Source of the DNA: Eledone cirrhosa
Lineage: Eukaryota
Direction: 5' to 3'
NCBI GenBank assembly: GCA_964016885.1
Contig: OZ024742.1
Coordinates: forward strand, 66,030,001-66,094,000
Length of the DNA: 64,000 nucleotides
A model generated the notes under the pieces. It was given only the letters and a program-made list of their open reading frames with translations, was not told the origin of the DNA and searched no databases. Position numbers and translations under genes: made by a program. Shown here piece after piece: positions 29,687 to 44,336 of this stretch. Within the stretch, counting starts at the first letter, position 1. Each line of letters opens with the position of its first letter.

Positions 29687-29796
29687 GACAAAATACATAC
29701 GTAAATGCACACACACATACACACATATATATATATAAGAACACAATGCAACTCTCGGTCCGAGAATCGAACTTACGCTCTAACCATTAAGCCTTC

Positions 29797-30097
<301 letters not shown>

Positions 30098-30326
30098 CAC
30101 ACACACACATATATATATATATATATGTATATATTTTTTTTTAGTAGATGCTGTTTGTTTACCGATACCTCAGTATGCAGATTGGAGCACTCGACAAAAT
30201 ACGCAGGATATGATTCCTGTTCCTCAGAAGAATAACAACACAACCAGGAGCTGGACATATCGATGTATTGACGGAGTAAAACACACTTCAACAACATGTG
30301 TACCTGTCTTTCCCACACCAATTCGG

Positions 30327-30381
30327 ACTGCCTGAACAGGTCACAGCCAATGATGGCTGTCACCGAAATATATATAGCAGT
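30327..30381 (+). ncRNA. Type-I hammerhead motif (core CTGAACA)
   Basis: ACTGC-ctgaaca-GGTcACAGCCA-atga-TGGCTGTcACC-gaaat-atat-ATA-GCAGT, about 55 bp before a TA tract. Confidence 0.78.
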
Positions 30382-30454
30382 ATATCTATAATTTATAATA
30401 AACGAAGCCAAATTTTACATATTTGACTTAATTATTTTATATATATATATATAT

Positions 30455-33400
30455 CCCTTCAACGTTGGGAAATAAACGAAACCTGGTTCTCTAACTATGA
30501 AACACTTTTCCAAAAAGTACACACATCCAAGAACCCCTTCATGACAACGAAAATATCAAGAAAACCCAATCACCACCCAAATACCACACAACAACCAACA
30601 AAAAAACAAAAAAAAAACAATACCTCCCCACATACCAAAACAAAGAAGGCATCACCTCGCCCTACCTCCTACACGCACCACATAGCTACCACATGGATTC
30701 CCAAGCAACAAATATAGTATTAGAGAAACATCAGCAACAAAATAGACACTACAACTTCTCTCCCATCAGGAGAAACCATAGAATCCTCCACCCTCACAAC
30801 CCCCTAACATCCCCACACAACAAACCCACAACCATCATTACTTTCAACATTGAACCCAAAATACACAACTACCACACATGCCACATAAGGGAACCGTAGC
30901 CTGCCTTCCTCCACTAACCACATCCTACTACAGCAACACCAGCAGGGGACAATACAACCACACGAGACACCCTAACCACTAAAGCACAATAACTACACAA
31001 CATACAACAACAACAGCAGCACTCAATATAACCACACAAGACAACCCTACTACAACTACCACCAAGTCTGCACACCCTACAACAACAGCAGGACTCAACA
31101 CAACCATACGATACAATCTAACTTCAACAACCACCACAACTACACACCCTATAACCACGTCTATCAAATCTACACACCCTACAACAACAGCAGGGATCAA
31201 TACAACTACACGATACAACCTAACATCAACAACCACCACAGCTACACACCCTCTAACAACAACAGCAGGGCTCAATACAACCACACGATACAACCTAACA
31301 TCAACAACCACCACAGCTACACACCCTCTAACAACACCAGAAGGGGCCAATACAACCATAAGAGACATCCAAACTTCAACAACCACCACAACTTACATAG
31401 TCATTTTTTAGACACAGCACACAGACACAGGGTAACAAGATAACACAAAACACACAGGAGACAGAAAATGTAATAAAAATCGTTAATTTAACCTCTAAAG
31501 AATTAACAACAGACTAAATCAACATACTCTCCAAAGGTTTGAAATTTACACCAACTCCCCAACGACCAAACTACCCCGAAATGAAGGAAGACATTGCAGA
31601 GTTCTGTAGAAAACTAAGACTCAGCGAGCAATTATACGACAAATACCAATGAGGATTACTCAATAGCCAGAAATAGAAGCAACTACACCCCACCAAAAGG
31701 CAAGAACAAATTCCTCGATCAATTCTGCGGACACATTACTAATTACCCATACCACCACCTACACAGACATAAAAAAAACCAAACCTAAGCAAAAGAGAAT
31801 GGAATGGTCTTAACAGTCTAAAGAACGGCAAAACCCTAACAATCAAACAGGCGGATAAAAGGAGTGCAGTAATCCTTATGAGGACAGATTACTACACGAC
31901 TCTAGTACTCTCAACTCTAGAAAACCAAACATATTACGAAAAGGCCCAACACAACAGAAAATAATGAGAAACCTAAAATCCCTAACAACCCTTTACAAAG
32001 AAGGCCTTACCGACAAGGAATACAACTACATCACCAATTTCAAAAGGAAAACCAGCCTTTTCTACGGTATTCCAAAGACACATAAAAGCGAATTAATAGG
32101 GAAGCCACAGACATCTAATCAATATACCCCCTCCTGATGACCTTAAATTAAGACCCATAATTACAGGTACCACATGTGAAACACACCGCCTAAGCAACTT
32201 CCTAGATATTCTGCTTAAACCTTTCATAAAACACATAAAAAGCTTCATAAGGGATGACCTTGACATGCTCAACCACCTCCCAACAACACTTAATAATGAA
32301 CATACCCTACTAGTAACCTTTGATGTCATCAATCTATATTCCAATATCCCACACAACCTAAGTATAGAGGCAATACAATTCTGGCTTGAACATTTCCGTA
32401 GTGAACTTCCACAGCGCATCCCTAAAGAATCTGTGTTGGAAGGACTCAAGTTCATCTTGGAAAAAAACTTCTTCGAATTCGATGCCAAATATTACAGACA
32501 GAAATCTGGGACTGCCATGGACACGAAAGTAGCCCCCTCATACGCTAACCTTGTCATGGGATATTTGGAAACCACTCTCTACCGCAAAGTTCTAGACAAA
32601 TACGGTAGCCAATTCTACCTACACAGAAAAAAACTGGAAGAGATATCTGGACGACTGCTTCATCCTCTGGCATGAAAGTATAGAAAGACTGATTGAGTTT
32701 AAAACCCTTCTAAATGGACTCAAAACAACTTACAATTTACAATGGATTACAGCCATGAACAACTCCCTTTCCTTGACATCCTCATAAAAAAAAACAACGA
32801 AATAGAAACAGACATATACTACAAACCCACAGACTCCAAACAATATCTTCCATTTAACTCGTGCCACTCTCACCATACCAAAAAGGCAATTCCTTATAAC
32901 CTAGCCAGAAGGATCTGCACAATAGTTTCAGATAAATACACATGCTACACACGACTAGAAGAATTAAAGAACACACTTATCAGCAGAAACTACCCAACAT
33001 CCCTAATCAAGATTGGATTCCAACGTGCCCTAAAACTCAACATCCAGGAACTCAGAAACCCCAAACCCAGGAATGAACCGCAACAGAAAACTCTACCATA
33101 CATCTCCACACACAACCCCCTCAACAATGAGGCATTCGACACCATCCTCCAGAACATTCCTTTACTAAAAAGAGACCTGAGAATGAACAAAATCCCCCCA
33201 AAACACAACATCATAAAGAGCAAAAGACAACCTAAATCCATAAAAAAACATCCTCACACAAGCCAAAATCCAATCAACCCTCACAATGAACCCTACAGTA
33301 AAAAAAATGTGGAAGGCCTAACTGTGGTATATATGCATAAATCTACTAGAAGGTTCAACATTCCATTTTAAACAAGGACAACATTTCACAGTTAAACACA

Positions 33401-34415
33401 ACTTTACATGTGCATCTGAAAACCTAATCTATGTTTTGACCTGCTCAGTTATCAAGAGCAGTACATAGGACAGACAAAACCAGCCTCCGACAACGTATGA
33501 CCGTCCGTAGATCACAAATCAAAATACAAGAATAGAGAAAGATTGCTTTTGGTGAACATATCGCCAATTGTACACCTAACCAACATCCAAACTTAAACAT
33601 TTTCCCCATTTACAAATTCATAGATAACGCTTCTTTCATCCATCGTACCAATAAGGAAACGTACTTCATTAACAAATTCCAACCTGTACTTAATGGACCA
33701 AACTTCGGACTAAACTAAAACTGAAACGAACAATGAACCAAAACCAAATTCCTATGGTCTCTAAAGAGTAACATCCCTCACACCCTACCTAATGCTTTTT
33801 CTTATATAAATGAATTACCCCCTCTCATTTCTCTCTCCCCTACCTGACCACCATGAATTACCTCCCACTGCATATTAACTCTCTAAAAAGGGAAATCATA
33901 TCAAACCCAAGACTACCATTTGCCTCCATCATGGATTAACTAAGCGCTCTTGCCATAATAACACCTTTTGAACTCCCTATCCTCAAGAACTATGCCTGTA
34001 AATAATATTATTTTTTCTTTCCCATTACCTTTCCCATTACCTTATCATGTTCGACATTACCCCCCTTTTTTTTCTTTTTTCTTTTTACTTCAAAAACCTT
34101 GTTTGTAAATAATATTATTATTTCTTCCCCATTTCTTTAATATGTTCAACATCACATCATCTTCTCTCCAACATTTTACACCAATGCAAATTCCCCCTTT
34201 GATAATGCTGAAACCGGTAATAGACAATTATTAAATATATAAATAAATAAATAAATGCCATTGTTAATTAATAAATAAAATAAGTAATAACTCAACACTT
34301 CACACAAAGTAAAATATTTTGTTTTAAACATTTTCTAACCCAGAAAAAAGAGAAAAAAAATAAAAGGAAAAAAAAATATTTTTCTTCCTAATAATCGTCT
34401 ATTTCTCCCTATTTT
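30455..34415 (+). mobile_element. Near full-length decayed Penelope-like element, Neptune-type (RT + Cys linker + GIY-YIG)
   Basis: IVNLTSKEL..ILSKGLKFTPTP (about 31480), ADKRSAV, FYGIPKTHK, LRPII, LVTFDVINLYSNIP, YRQKSGTAM, YLDD, LPFLDI, DIYYKPT, CGRPNCGIC, NLIYVLTC..YIGQT. Several stops and frameshifts. TA-flanked. Confidence 0.93.
30925..31395 (+). repeat. About 75-bp AC-rich tandem repeats (Thr-rich reading frame) in the PLE 5' region
   Basis: The unit ACAACAGCAGGGCTCAATACAACCACACGATACAACCTAACATCAACAACCACCACAGCTACACACCCT is repeated about 5-6 times. Confidence 0.85.
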
Positions 34416-34419
34416 CATA

Positions 34420-34473
<54 letters not shown>

Positions 34474-36239
34474 TATATATATATTCAAACTCGTGTGCTC
34501 CTTCTATATATATATATACATAGAGTGAGAGAGAGGGAGAATGAGAGATAGAGAGAGAGATATGGGGGGTGGGGGAGACATATAATTGTGAGAAGGTGTG
34601 ATGTATATTGATAACGGAGTCAAACATCTTCGAAAAAGCTGAAACAACGGTGACTTATGATATATTATTCTGCTGCGCATGTGATATTGTACTGTTGTGC
34701 ATTAGACAATCACTTGTCACTCTAGTAGATACAAATACTGTGAATCCTTGTTTGTCCCTTAGCCATAGATACTTGTGTATACTGCGTAAATACTGACTCA
34801 GCATACAAATATAATGCAATATCAGATATTTACTGGAACCCACGAGAATTATACTTTTGTTTCAAGTTGGCTTTTTACGTCAATTCATAACCTTAGCAAC
34901 GAATAAGATTAAATTGATCTCCCGGTGTACGATTTATAGTTATGTTGTAGATTAAGAGATAATCAGCGTTAATAATAGCAATCCATGGAAATATGCTTGA
35001 AACAATACTGGATTCAATGTATGAGTGTGTTTATGCACGTGAGTGTGTGGAGCGGAAGGGGCGTTTGATTTTGCGTGTGTAGATTCATGTTTGTTTATAC
35101 ATATTGCTATGACACATCTAGCAATGGTTTATATATCGCGAGACACGACGAAGACACGAGCTAAACAAAGTCGTGCAACTACTTCCAGATATACAAAGGT
35201 TGCTTGGGGCAGTGTTTATGTTCATTATCAAGAATTTACTTTCAAAAGTAGATGCCTCTTATGCTACATATTGTGAAACAAGTATTACGTTAAATATAAA
35301 TAAGGAACCACATTTGTTTCAGACATGTTATATTGAAAACACAACTAATCTCTAGTTTCCTTATTTTGAATAAGGATTTATCCTGTTTCCTTATTAGTTA
35401 TTTACACTTAGTTTGGAAGACTAGCGTTTACTAAGTCCTTTACATAACATTTTGTTGTTTTCCAGTGAGTTGTGTATTTAATGACAAGGCTTTTTGCGGG
35501 TATTTTTGTAATATATTGTAACAGAGTTTGTCACTATGTCTTATGTACGTCATATTTTGTTTCACACATACATACATACATATATATATATACACACAGG
35601 CATACATACATACATATAGTCATACATACCTAATAAATACATACATACATACACACACACATACATACATACATACATACATACATACATACATACATAC
35701 ATACATACATACACACATACATACATATATGATGGCTGCAAACTCTGCAAAGAGTGTTGCAATCGCTTGTCAGATTATAGAGTTTGGTGCACTTTTAGGC
35801 TACGGCCAGCCACACGAACCTATAGCATATCCTGAATAAGCAATGCCCGTGCTTTGAACATACATACATACATATATACATACATACATGCATACATACA
35901 TGCATGGTGGCTACCAACTCGTTTTCGAGTACGGCCACTACTTTATATCCATGTAGGAGAACCCCTACCGATGCGCTAAACGAGTGTGACCTTTTAGTCC
36001 AGCCAGCGACTTGAACACTCTGGTACAAACATTACACCTGTGACAATTATTGACACATAGTGCTAGGCCCATGGTACCATTGGACGACAAGTGCAGAGAG
36101 ATCTCCAGATATAAAGCAATGCCTGTGCCGTGAAGCTTTTATAGTGAGAAAAGGCACTGCACAAAGCCAGTCCCACTCTCTTAAACAAGATATTTACCAA
36201 AAAGAAGAAGTCAACATCATTGGATACCATCAGGGTTGC

Positions 36240-36508
36240 AGGTGTTATATCAGAGTTTTCCTTCTCCTAGAATACTGCCTTGACAAAGGCTAAGGGGTCA
36301 TCTCTCCCGGTGATTTTGGATGGCCATTGACTCTTAAGAGCTCCTTTGCCCTTTGACAGGTTTTGATTTTAGTCCTGCAGGATGTCCAAAGACACCCTCC
36401 TCACCAAGAAACCTTGGTGGGGTTGCCAGTTTAGTCGCCAACGACCCGACCATGAGACAGGTTGTACTGGGATACATGTTACCAGTAGCACCAACTGGTG
36501 ACCTGCAT
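36240..36508 (-). mobile_element. Probable RTE-clade LINE 5' UTR fragment
   Basis: The minus strand has TTAGCCTTTGTCAAGGCAGTATTCTAGGAGAAGGAAAACTCTGA, recalled as an RTE 5'-UTR motif. It starts next to a (CATA)n tract. Confidence 0.5.
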
Positions 36509-36687
36509 ACATACATACATACATACATACATACATACATACATACATACATACATACATACATACATACATACATACATACCTTCCCAAGATGACTTTA
36601 TGGTACCTATTCTCACTGAGAGCTAAAGTAAAATATAATGTACTGTCTGCAAATCTAGCATATAGCTAGAAGGGTATTATGCATCCT

Positions 36688-36752
<65 letters not shown>

Positions 36753-36799
36753 GATCATAGCTGTAATAGTAGAAATAGTAGTAGTAGCAGTGGTGGTGG

Positions 36800-36872
<73 letters not shown>

Positions 36873-36891
36873 GCTGCTGCTACTACTACTA

Positions 36892-36948
<57 letters not shown>
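36688..36948. repeat. (TAG)n followed by (CTA)n trinucleotide tracts
   Basis: Directly visible; the two tracts are mutually complementary. Confidence 0.9.
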
Positions 36949-37303
36949 GTCGAGATGATAATATCAAAAACAATAACAGTGTAAACCAGACAAACATCGA
37001 TATTAAAGTGATTAGTATCCACATCTACATTAGAAACTACAATGACAGCAACAACGAAATAAACAGTGAACAACACCAACAAAACTGATCATAAGGAAAC
37101 CAACTAGAACAAATACATCAGCAACACCTTGAAAATGTTAAGAACCGTGTGTTGAAATATCAGAATGTGTGAACCGATAGGTTTCATAGGTGTTGCTGTT
37201 CTAATTGATAAGCCTATGTATTTGGGAATGAATTAAAGTGTGGATAATATAATCATAGAGAAATAGATTGATAGAGATATAAATAGACGCGCACATCTCT
37301 CAC

Positions 37304-37580
<277 letters not shown>

Positions 37581-37689
37581 CCGCTAGTTTCAGTACAACG
37601 TCCAATCCGGCTGCTGATGTCAATCCGCTCATGAAGATCATGAACAAATGTTAAGGTACGCACCCTTGGCGGTGTTCGACATCCTCATT

Positions 37690-38010
37690 AATAGTTTATC
37701 CGAACATAAATGCTAAGGGACTTCAAGACAACAATAGGCTGTCCATCGATCCCATACTCCTGCAGTAGCTTCCACAACAAATCCCGTGGATTGCGGTTTA
37801 GGAAACAAAATACACATCTTGGCAATGCTTCCACGATTTCAAGAAGACCTTCCGCAGTGTGAATATTTTCTTTGTGTGCTGTTTCTCGGGCGAAAACCAC
37901 ATTCAAAAATATATCTACATCTCTTTGCCATGCACGTAGAATAGATGTTCCTAGGTAGGCTCAACAAGTAGATTCTTCTATTATTAAAGCAATATCTCTT
38001 ATCACCACTA
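37690..38010 (-). pseudogene. RTE-like RT remnant
   Basis: RRIYLLSLPRNIYSTCMAKR (cf. YRGISLLSLPGKIY) and NPRDLLWKLLQEYGI. Confidence 0.65.
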
Positions 38011-38464
38011 AAGTCTATAGTAAATGTCTAACAAAGAGATGTATGGACATTTTTGAGGCCAATCTAGCTGATGTATTCATCAGCTAACCTGGCCTCAACA
38101 ATGTTATATATGTCAGAATAAGATTAGAATTTTATTTCTCGCCCTAGCACAGCTGATACATAAATGTATGTACCAGCTGTGTGCATACTTACATTTATGT
38201 CAAAATAGACCGATATACAATACATAGCAATCATGTGTCTATATGATAGTTGCATGAGAGAATTAGAGCTAAAATCCAAGATCTTTGCGCATTGGCAATA
38301 TCATAGGAAACCACATATCTAATATTTTTCAAATAACAGTCTAGTTAGGTTAAAGAAACGTAAACAGAATAAGTAATATTGCCAGAGTTTTCACTATTTC
38401 ATACAGCAAATGTCATCAATATTTACCGTGGATTAACACACACACACACACACACAAATATATA

Positions 38465-38541
<77 letters not shown>

Positions 38542-38548
38542 ATTTATA

Positions 38549-38587
<39 letters not shown>

Positions 38588-38789
38588 GTTAATTAATATA
38601 TATTTACGTATTGCAACTGCGTTGAAACTATATTGAACAGCCTCTGTCTTTGATGAAAACGACATTTCCTCAAGCAAATCAACTGGTAAGGAAGTTATTC
38701 CGACAGGCATTTATATACGCGAGATTCGCTGCATGAGCTCTTGAAAACAATTTTGAGGCCCGGTCGGTTTCCACAAAACTACAAGGATA

Positions 38790-39400
38790 CATCAACGAAC
38801 TAGCGTCATTCTTGATCTCCGTTTCACAGATGACGTGGCATTTTTAGCAACAGCTTTAGAAGAAGCCCATGAAAAAGTAATCAACCAGCCATGCTCAGTC
38901 TTGAAATAAACAAAAGGTGTCAAATAGAAGAAACCAGTTGACCAGTGCTTAGACAACTCTACAAAAGTAGTGTGTGAAATCGTAAACATATTTTGGCAGA
39001 AAGGTGAATGCAAATGCTTTCCCTCGATGATGAGGTACTCGTGTAGGGAAAGCTATGAGTGCATTTGGAAATGTCCGTCATCGCCTCTGGAATGAAAAGA
39101 GTACAGAACTACACACCAAGACACACTTTTACAAATTTATATTACTGAGCACTCTCTCGTATCGATCAGAATTTTGGAATCCATATAGGTCGCATATCAA
39201 CCATTTATACGCCATGCATAAGAGTTGTATTCGGAAATCTCTCATTACACCCTCGAAGACAAAATATCTAATGACGACCCGACCATAGCACTAAGTGCAA
39301 AGATTGGAGGCATTGAGACCTTTCTGAAGCAATCACGTCTAAGCTGGACCAGTCATGTTATCAAAACGAGTGGCAAAAATATACTTGTTGTCATCAATTA
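38790..39400 (+). pseudogene. RTE/BovB-like RT C-terminal remnant
   Basis: LDLRFTDDVAFLA, AFGNVRHRLWNEK, ILLSTLSYRSEFW and LKQSRLSWTSHVI. Confidence 0.75.
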
Positions 39401-39520
39401 TAGTTAGCCTCGAATCCGTCTGCATCTGTCGGCTACCAGAGAGAGGATGTAGTAGGAGACTGATCAATAATATTAATAAATGGAAACTATCTTTATAAAA
39501 CCATATTTATTTTATTATAT

Positions 39521-40100
39521 ACTAGTAGTGGTATCCGGCGTTGCACGGGATAAGGTATTGTGAAATATATAACCGCCTTAGCTAAGCTTAGTATTGCCAC
39601 AACCACGGCTGGCAAAGAAGTAAGGGTCTGGTGGTACGTAAGTAAGCAACACTGTGGCTTAAAAGGTGAGGAAGAAGTTGTGTTCACTTACCAACTGTTT
39701 GGGGAATGAGTGTGAGATTTGTCTTGAGCAAGGGTGGCGAATAACCGGAGGCAGCAGACAGCCAGACATACAGACAGATATTATAAGGGCGCGTTTTGGA
39801 TGCGGAGCGGATTTTAGGAAGTGACGTAATGCAGACAGTCAGACATACAGACAGATATTATAAGGGCGCGCCGTTATATGTATGTATCTATCTAAAAAGA
39901 GAAAGGCTAAGGATTATAGAGAGTGATCACTAAATCGCCTAATGCAGTCCCTAGGGCATTGAAAAACTGAAATTTGTTTTGCTCAGAACACTCCATGAAA
40001 CATAAGTATTACATGTGTAAAGGTTGAAAACAGTCGGTTGGGTGCTTCTCTAGTTTTAGGGATTCAAAGACACAGACAGACATCCTCAGTTTTATATATA
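39521..40100 (-). mobile_element. Non-autonomous Helitron-like element
   Basis: Minus-strand 3' end CCCGTGCAACGCCGG hairpin followed by CTAGT. 5' region TATATAAAACTGAGGATGTCTGTCTGT with (GTCT)n. Internal 39-bp duplication at 39754/39831. Confidence 0.7.
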
Positions 40101-40273
40101 TATATATTTCAAGGGTACCAGTATTTTGGTACGCTATCGTCTGATAAAATACAATAGTTGGTTTACAGATAGTCACATATCTACGTATGTACTTAATCTT
40201 AACTGCAAGAAATATACCATTTCTGTGAGTGAGTGAGTGTGGGAGTGTGAGTGTGAGTGGGAGTGTGTGTGTA

Positions 40274-40355
<82 letters not shown>

Positions 40356-40368
40356 CGTGTGTGTGTGT

Positions 40369-40399
<31 letters not shown>

Positions 40400-40618
40400 C
40401 ATGTGTGTGTGTGCGTGTGTGTGTGTGTGTGTGTTCACGTGTGTGTGTGCTTATAAAAAGGCAAATTTGCTTTCGAGACGAGAGAATGATACAATGATAC
40501 GTACTTGCAAAGACATATTTGATTTTGCGTTGTATCTATTTCAATATTTAACTACAATAATTTAATTTGCTGAAATTTGCATATATATATACACATACAT
40601 GGATATAATACATACATA

Positions 40619-40635
<17 letters not shown>

Positions 40636-40656
<21 letters not shown>

Positions 40657-41016
40657 GGAAAGTTATATTTAAATTGTTGGGTTACAACTAGTAAATATTT
40701 ATAACTGATATAAAAGCACTCGACAAGTATTTGGAGTATATTTACGATATTTCTTTTTCTTCTTTTTCTTCGTTTTCTGTCTTTCTTTCCTTTTTCTCTC
40801 TTTCTTTCTCTCTGTGTACAATTTTTTCACTGCCAATTCAACTTTTCAAATACAAGTCGATGTTGTACGGTATGTCAAATCTATTTATCTATAAAACTGT
40901 TTATATTGTATTTTGTCTGAGGAAGGCATAGCATATTGTTAATATGATATCCCTGAAATATATATAATGAAATAAATATGGTTTTATAAATATAGTTTCC
41001 ATTTATTTAATATCGT
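40636..41016 (+). mobile_element. Head-to-head inverted pLTR insert of the 44206 family
   Basis: 40636-40751 matches 44206-44302 and 40870-41016 matches 44500-44648. TA-flanked. Confidence 0.8.
40909..40974 (+). ncRNA. Type-I hammerhead ribozyme (core CTGAGGA)
   Basis: TATTTTGT-ctgagga-aGGcATAgCATATT-gtt-AATATGaTATCC-ct-gaaat-atat-ATA-ATGAAATA. Confidence 0.8.
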
Positions 41017-41494
41017 ATATATATATATATATATATGTATGTTTGTGTCTCTCATTGTGTGTAAATTCAGGGAATGAGAACTATCGCTACAGTAATATAT
41101 GCTTAAAGTTTGATATGTGTACAAGACAAAAACGCGCTCAAACTTAAATTAAGAGCTTTTGATCTTCTGAACGCTGCCTTCATTGATGAGAGATTTACAG
41201 CGATGTGCATCATCTTGTAAGAATGTGCATAATCTTTCATGAATGGAAGAATTTTTTTTATTTCATAACTGCGATACACTTTATATATCCGAGGGGCTAG
41301 GTTGTTCCCTTTAATGGAGTATCATTTTCGTATCTCACAATAACATCCTGTACATTGCTTTTTGCATGTATATGGATGTTTCTTTAAATGTCTTGCACTT
41401 TATCCTTTACATAAATTGATATTTCAATCGAGCCGTTGGTGATTGAAAAGAATCCTATTAAAAATACACATATGCAGAGACACACACATACACA

Positions 41495-41627
<133 letters not shown>

Positions 41628-41932
41628 GGATACATACACACATATACATATGTACATCTGAATACTTTGAATAATCAGCATTAGTTTTATGAAACCATAT
41701 GATGGCATTTATTTTTCTTGTAACTTTTACTCTTTTTGTATCTTATAAAGATATATTTAAATAACATGAAACTAGATTTAGTTTAGACTTTCACTTTTAC
41801 ATTTTATTTTCAGTTTATTTATTTGATTTCATGATGTATTATTTTCTGTCTTTATTTTACTCTTTTGTATATCTTTCATTTTTACGTCTTCTTCCGATTT
41901 TCTGCTATTAGATTACCTTTGCATGTATACAT

Positions 41933-42163
<231 letters not shown>

Positions 42164-42239
42164 TACACACACAAGTATATATATATATTCAGTGCTGATA
42201 TCCAAGTTGTGAAAATGTTTGAGCTTTTTTATTAGTAAA

Positions 42240-42430
42240 TAATTGTTTCTACTTTTGGCACAAGGCCAGCAATTATCCCAGTGCAAGTACAGGTACTTTA
42301 TTTTATCGACCCCGTAAGGATGAAAGGCAAAGTTAACCTCGGCAGGATTTGAACTCAGATCAGAAAGGAGCGTAACTCTGTGCCGCAAAGCATGTTGTCC
42401 GACCCTCTACCGATACTGCCAAACCACCAA
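42240..42430 (-). mobile_element. Meta-domain tRNA SINE
   Basis: Reverse complement of the 19028 family. Confidence 0.82.
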
Positions 42431-42449
42431 ATGAGAAGTGATTATAGAA

Positions 42450-43190
42450 GAGATTCTCCTGCAATAAGTTCACTATGGAGGGATGGTCCCAGAAGTGGGT
42501 GAATAGAGATAAAGGAGACAAAGTAAACGCACATCACTGTGGGAGAAGCGCCGAAATCAAAGCTGAAACAGAATGATTCTTAATTGCGGGACAACCACCA
42601 ATTGTACATAATATCGAAGAATATATTAAGAGAAAAACAAAAGAACTAACCGCATTTTCTGGTCGTGCTCAGGCATAGTGAAGAAAAATATATCCAAACA
42701 CATAACAAAGATGGGATTTACGTACACTAGAACTTATGCCAGCATTATGAAATACTAACAAAAAGAAGGTAGAAAAAGTCTACACAAAAAGTAGTAACAG
42801 AATGACAAAGCCAATATGCATGCATATGTCAATCCTCAGAGGCAAGTAGATCAAAAAGAATCAACCAGATATTGCAGTTATAGACCACAAAGAAAAGAAA
42901 CTGCTTCTAATCAACCTAATCAGTTGTCACAGATGATATCTCTCTGTTAGTCATCGAGAAATTATGCATCACTAGAAACAGAAAAACCTGAATGTGGATG
43001 AGGAAATCAGGAAAAAAATCTTATAATAGGGGTTCTGGGAAGGATAACAAAATACAAAGCCAGATGCATATACAAAAACCCCAGGGCTTACAAATATATA
43101 CAAGATACAATACTAACATAAATATGAACTATACAAATATTCCGAAGTGTACTTCCTATGCATTAGAAAGAACAGCACTGAAAACAACAT
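42450..43190 (+). pseudogene. Decayed R4/Dong-like LINE 3' region (restriction-like endonuclease)
   Basis: IKKNQPDIAVIDHKEKK..LLI at about 42850-42915 resembles the NRPDIVVxDK..C.LID RLE motif. Confidence 0.55.
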
Positions 43191-43273
43191 AGCTGATACA
43201 CAAGATGTACATGGTAATGCAGTTGTGGCTACAATGAAAATAAGACTAATAATAATAATAACAATAATAATAA

Positions 43274-43460
43274 TAATTGTTTCTACTTTTGGCACAAGGC
43301 CAGCAATTACCCAGTGCATTACTGGTACTTTATTTTATCTACCCCGTAAGGATGAAAGGCAACGTTAACCTCGACGAGATTTGAAATCAGAATGGCAAGG
43401 GGCGTAACTCTATGCTACAAAGCATGGCATCCAACCCTCTACCGATACTGCCAATCCACA
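43274..43460 (-). mobile_element. Meta-domain tRNA SINE
   Basis: Family match with a (TTA)n tail. Confidence 0.82.
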
Positions 43461-43634
43461 ATAATAATATTAATAACAATAAAAATAATGGTTTCTAAGC
43501 AAACATAACGCTAAGAATTTTTAGTGGGATTTAAGGAAAGTCGATTTCATTGACCCCAATATTGTCCTGAAAATTTCATCTCTTAAAGACGGTTGTGAGA
43601 AAGGCAAAATACACATCGGCGGTTTATATCCTCA

Positions 43635-43848
43635 TAACTGGCAGAATCAGTAGGGCGTCGGACAACATGCTTAGCGGAATAGAGTTATAGCCTTTTACGT
43701 TCTGAGTTCAAATCCCACCGAGGTTAGATTTGCCTTTCATCCTTACGGGGTCGATAAAATAAAACACCTCTAATGCACTGGCGTCGATTTGATCGACTTT
43801 CCCCTCCCCTTCAAATTGTTGGCTTTGTGCCAAGTAGAAACAATTATT
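43635..43848 (+). mobile_element. Meta-domain tRNA SINE (long subfamily)
   Basis: Family match. Confidence 0.8.
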
Positions 43849-43943
43849 ACACACACACACGCAAACACACACATGCACACACAAATACACACACACACAC
43901 ATACATATATATATATATGCATTTATATATACATATATATATA

Positions 43944-43974
<31 letters not shown>

Positions 43975-43978
<4 letters not shown>

Positions 43979-44160
43979 CAAAAAAGATGAAATCGAAAAT
44001 GCAACTGGAGTCTTATTTTTAAAAAAATATATATATTTATTTGGTTCCTTTACCGGTTTCGCAGTTCTGCGAAACCGGTAAAGGATTTCATCTTTTTTCT
44101 TTATACTTTCACTCGTGTAGGACACCTCGGTTATTTTTCATTTTGTAAAAAAAACCTCAC

Positions 44161-44168
<8 letters not shown>
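43975..44168 (+). repeat. TA-flanked fold-back insert (same family as 51001-51244)
   Basis: Perfect hairpin 44046-44085 centred on HHR stem II. The arms match 51001-51150. Confidence 0.82.
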
Positions 44169-44209
<41 letters not shown>

Positions 44210-44336
44210 AAAGTTCTATTTAAATTATTGGGATACAACAAGCAAATATTTTTATAACTGATATAAAGCACTCGACAAGTATTTGGATTAAATATACGAT
44301 ATTAATAAATGGAAACTATATTTATAAAACCATATT

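Noticed and set aside
34195-34225. TTGATAATGCTGAAACCGGTA near the 3' end of the Neptune-like PLE
   Set aside because: The position and ACCGGT palindrome fit a decayed HHR, but stems I and II cannot be formed, so it was not counted.
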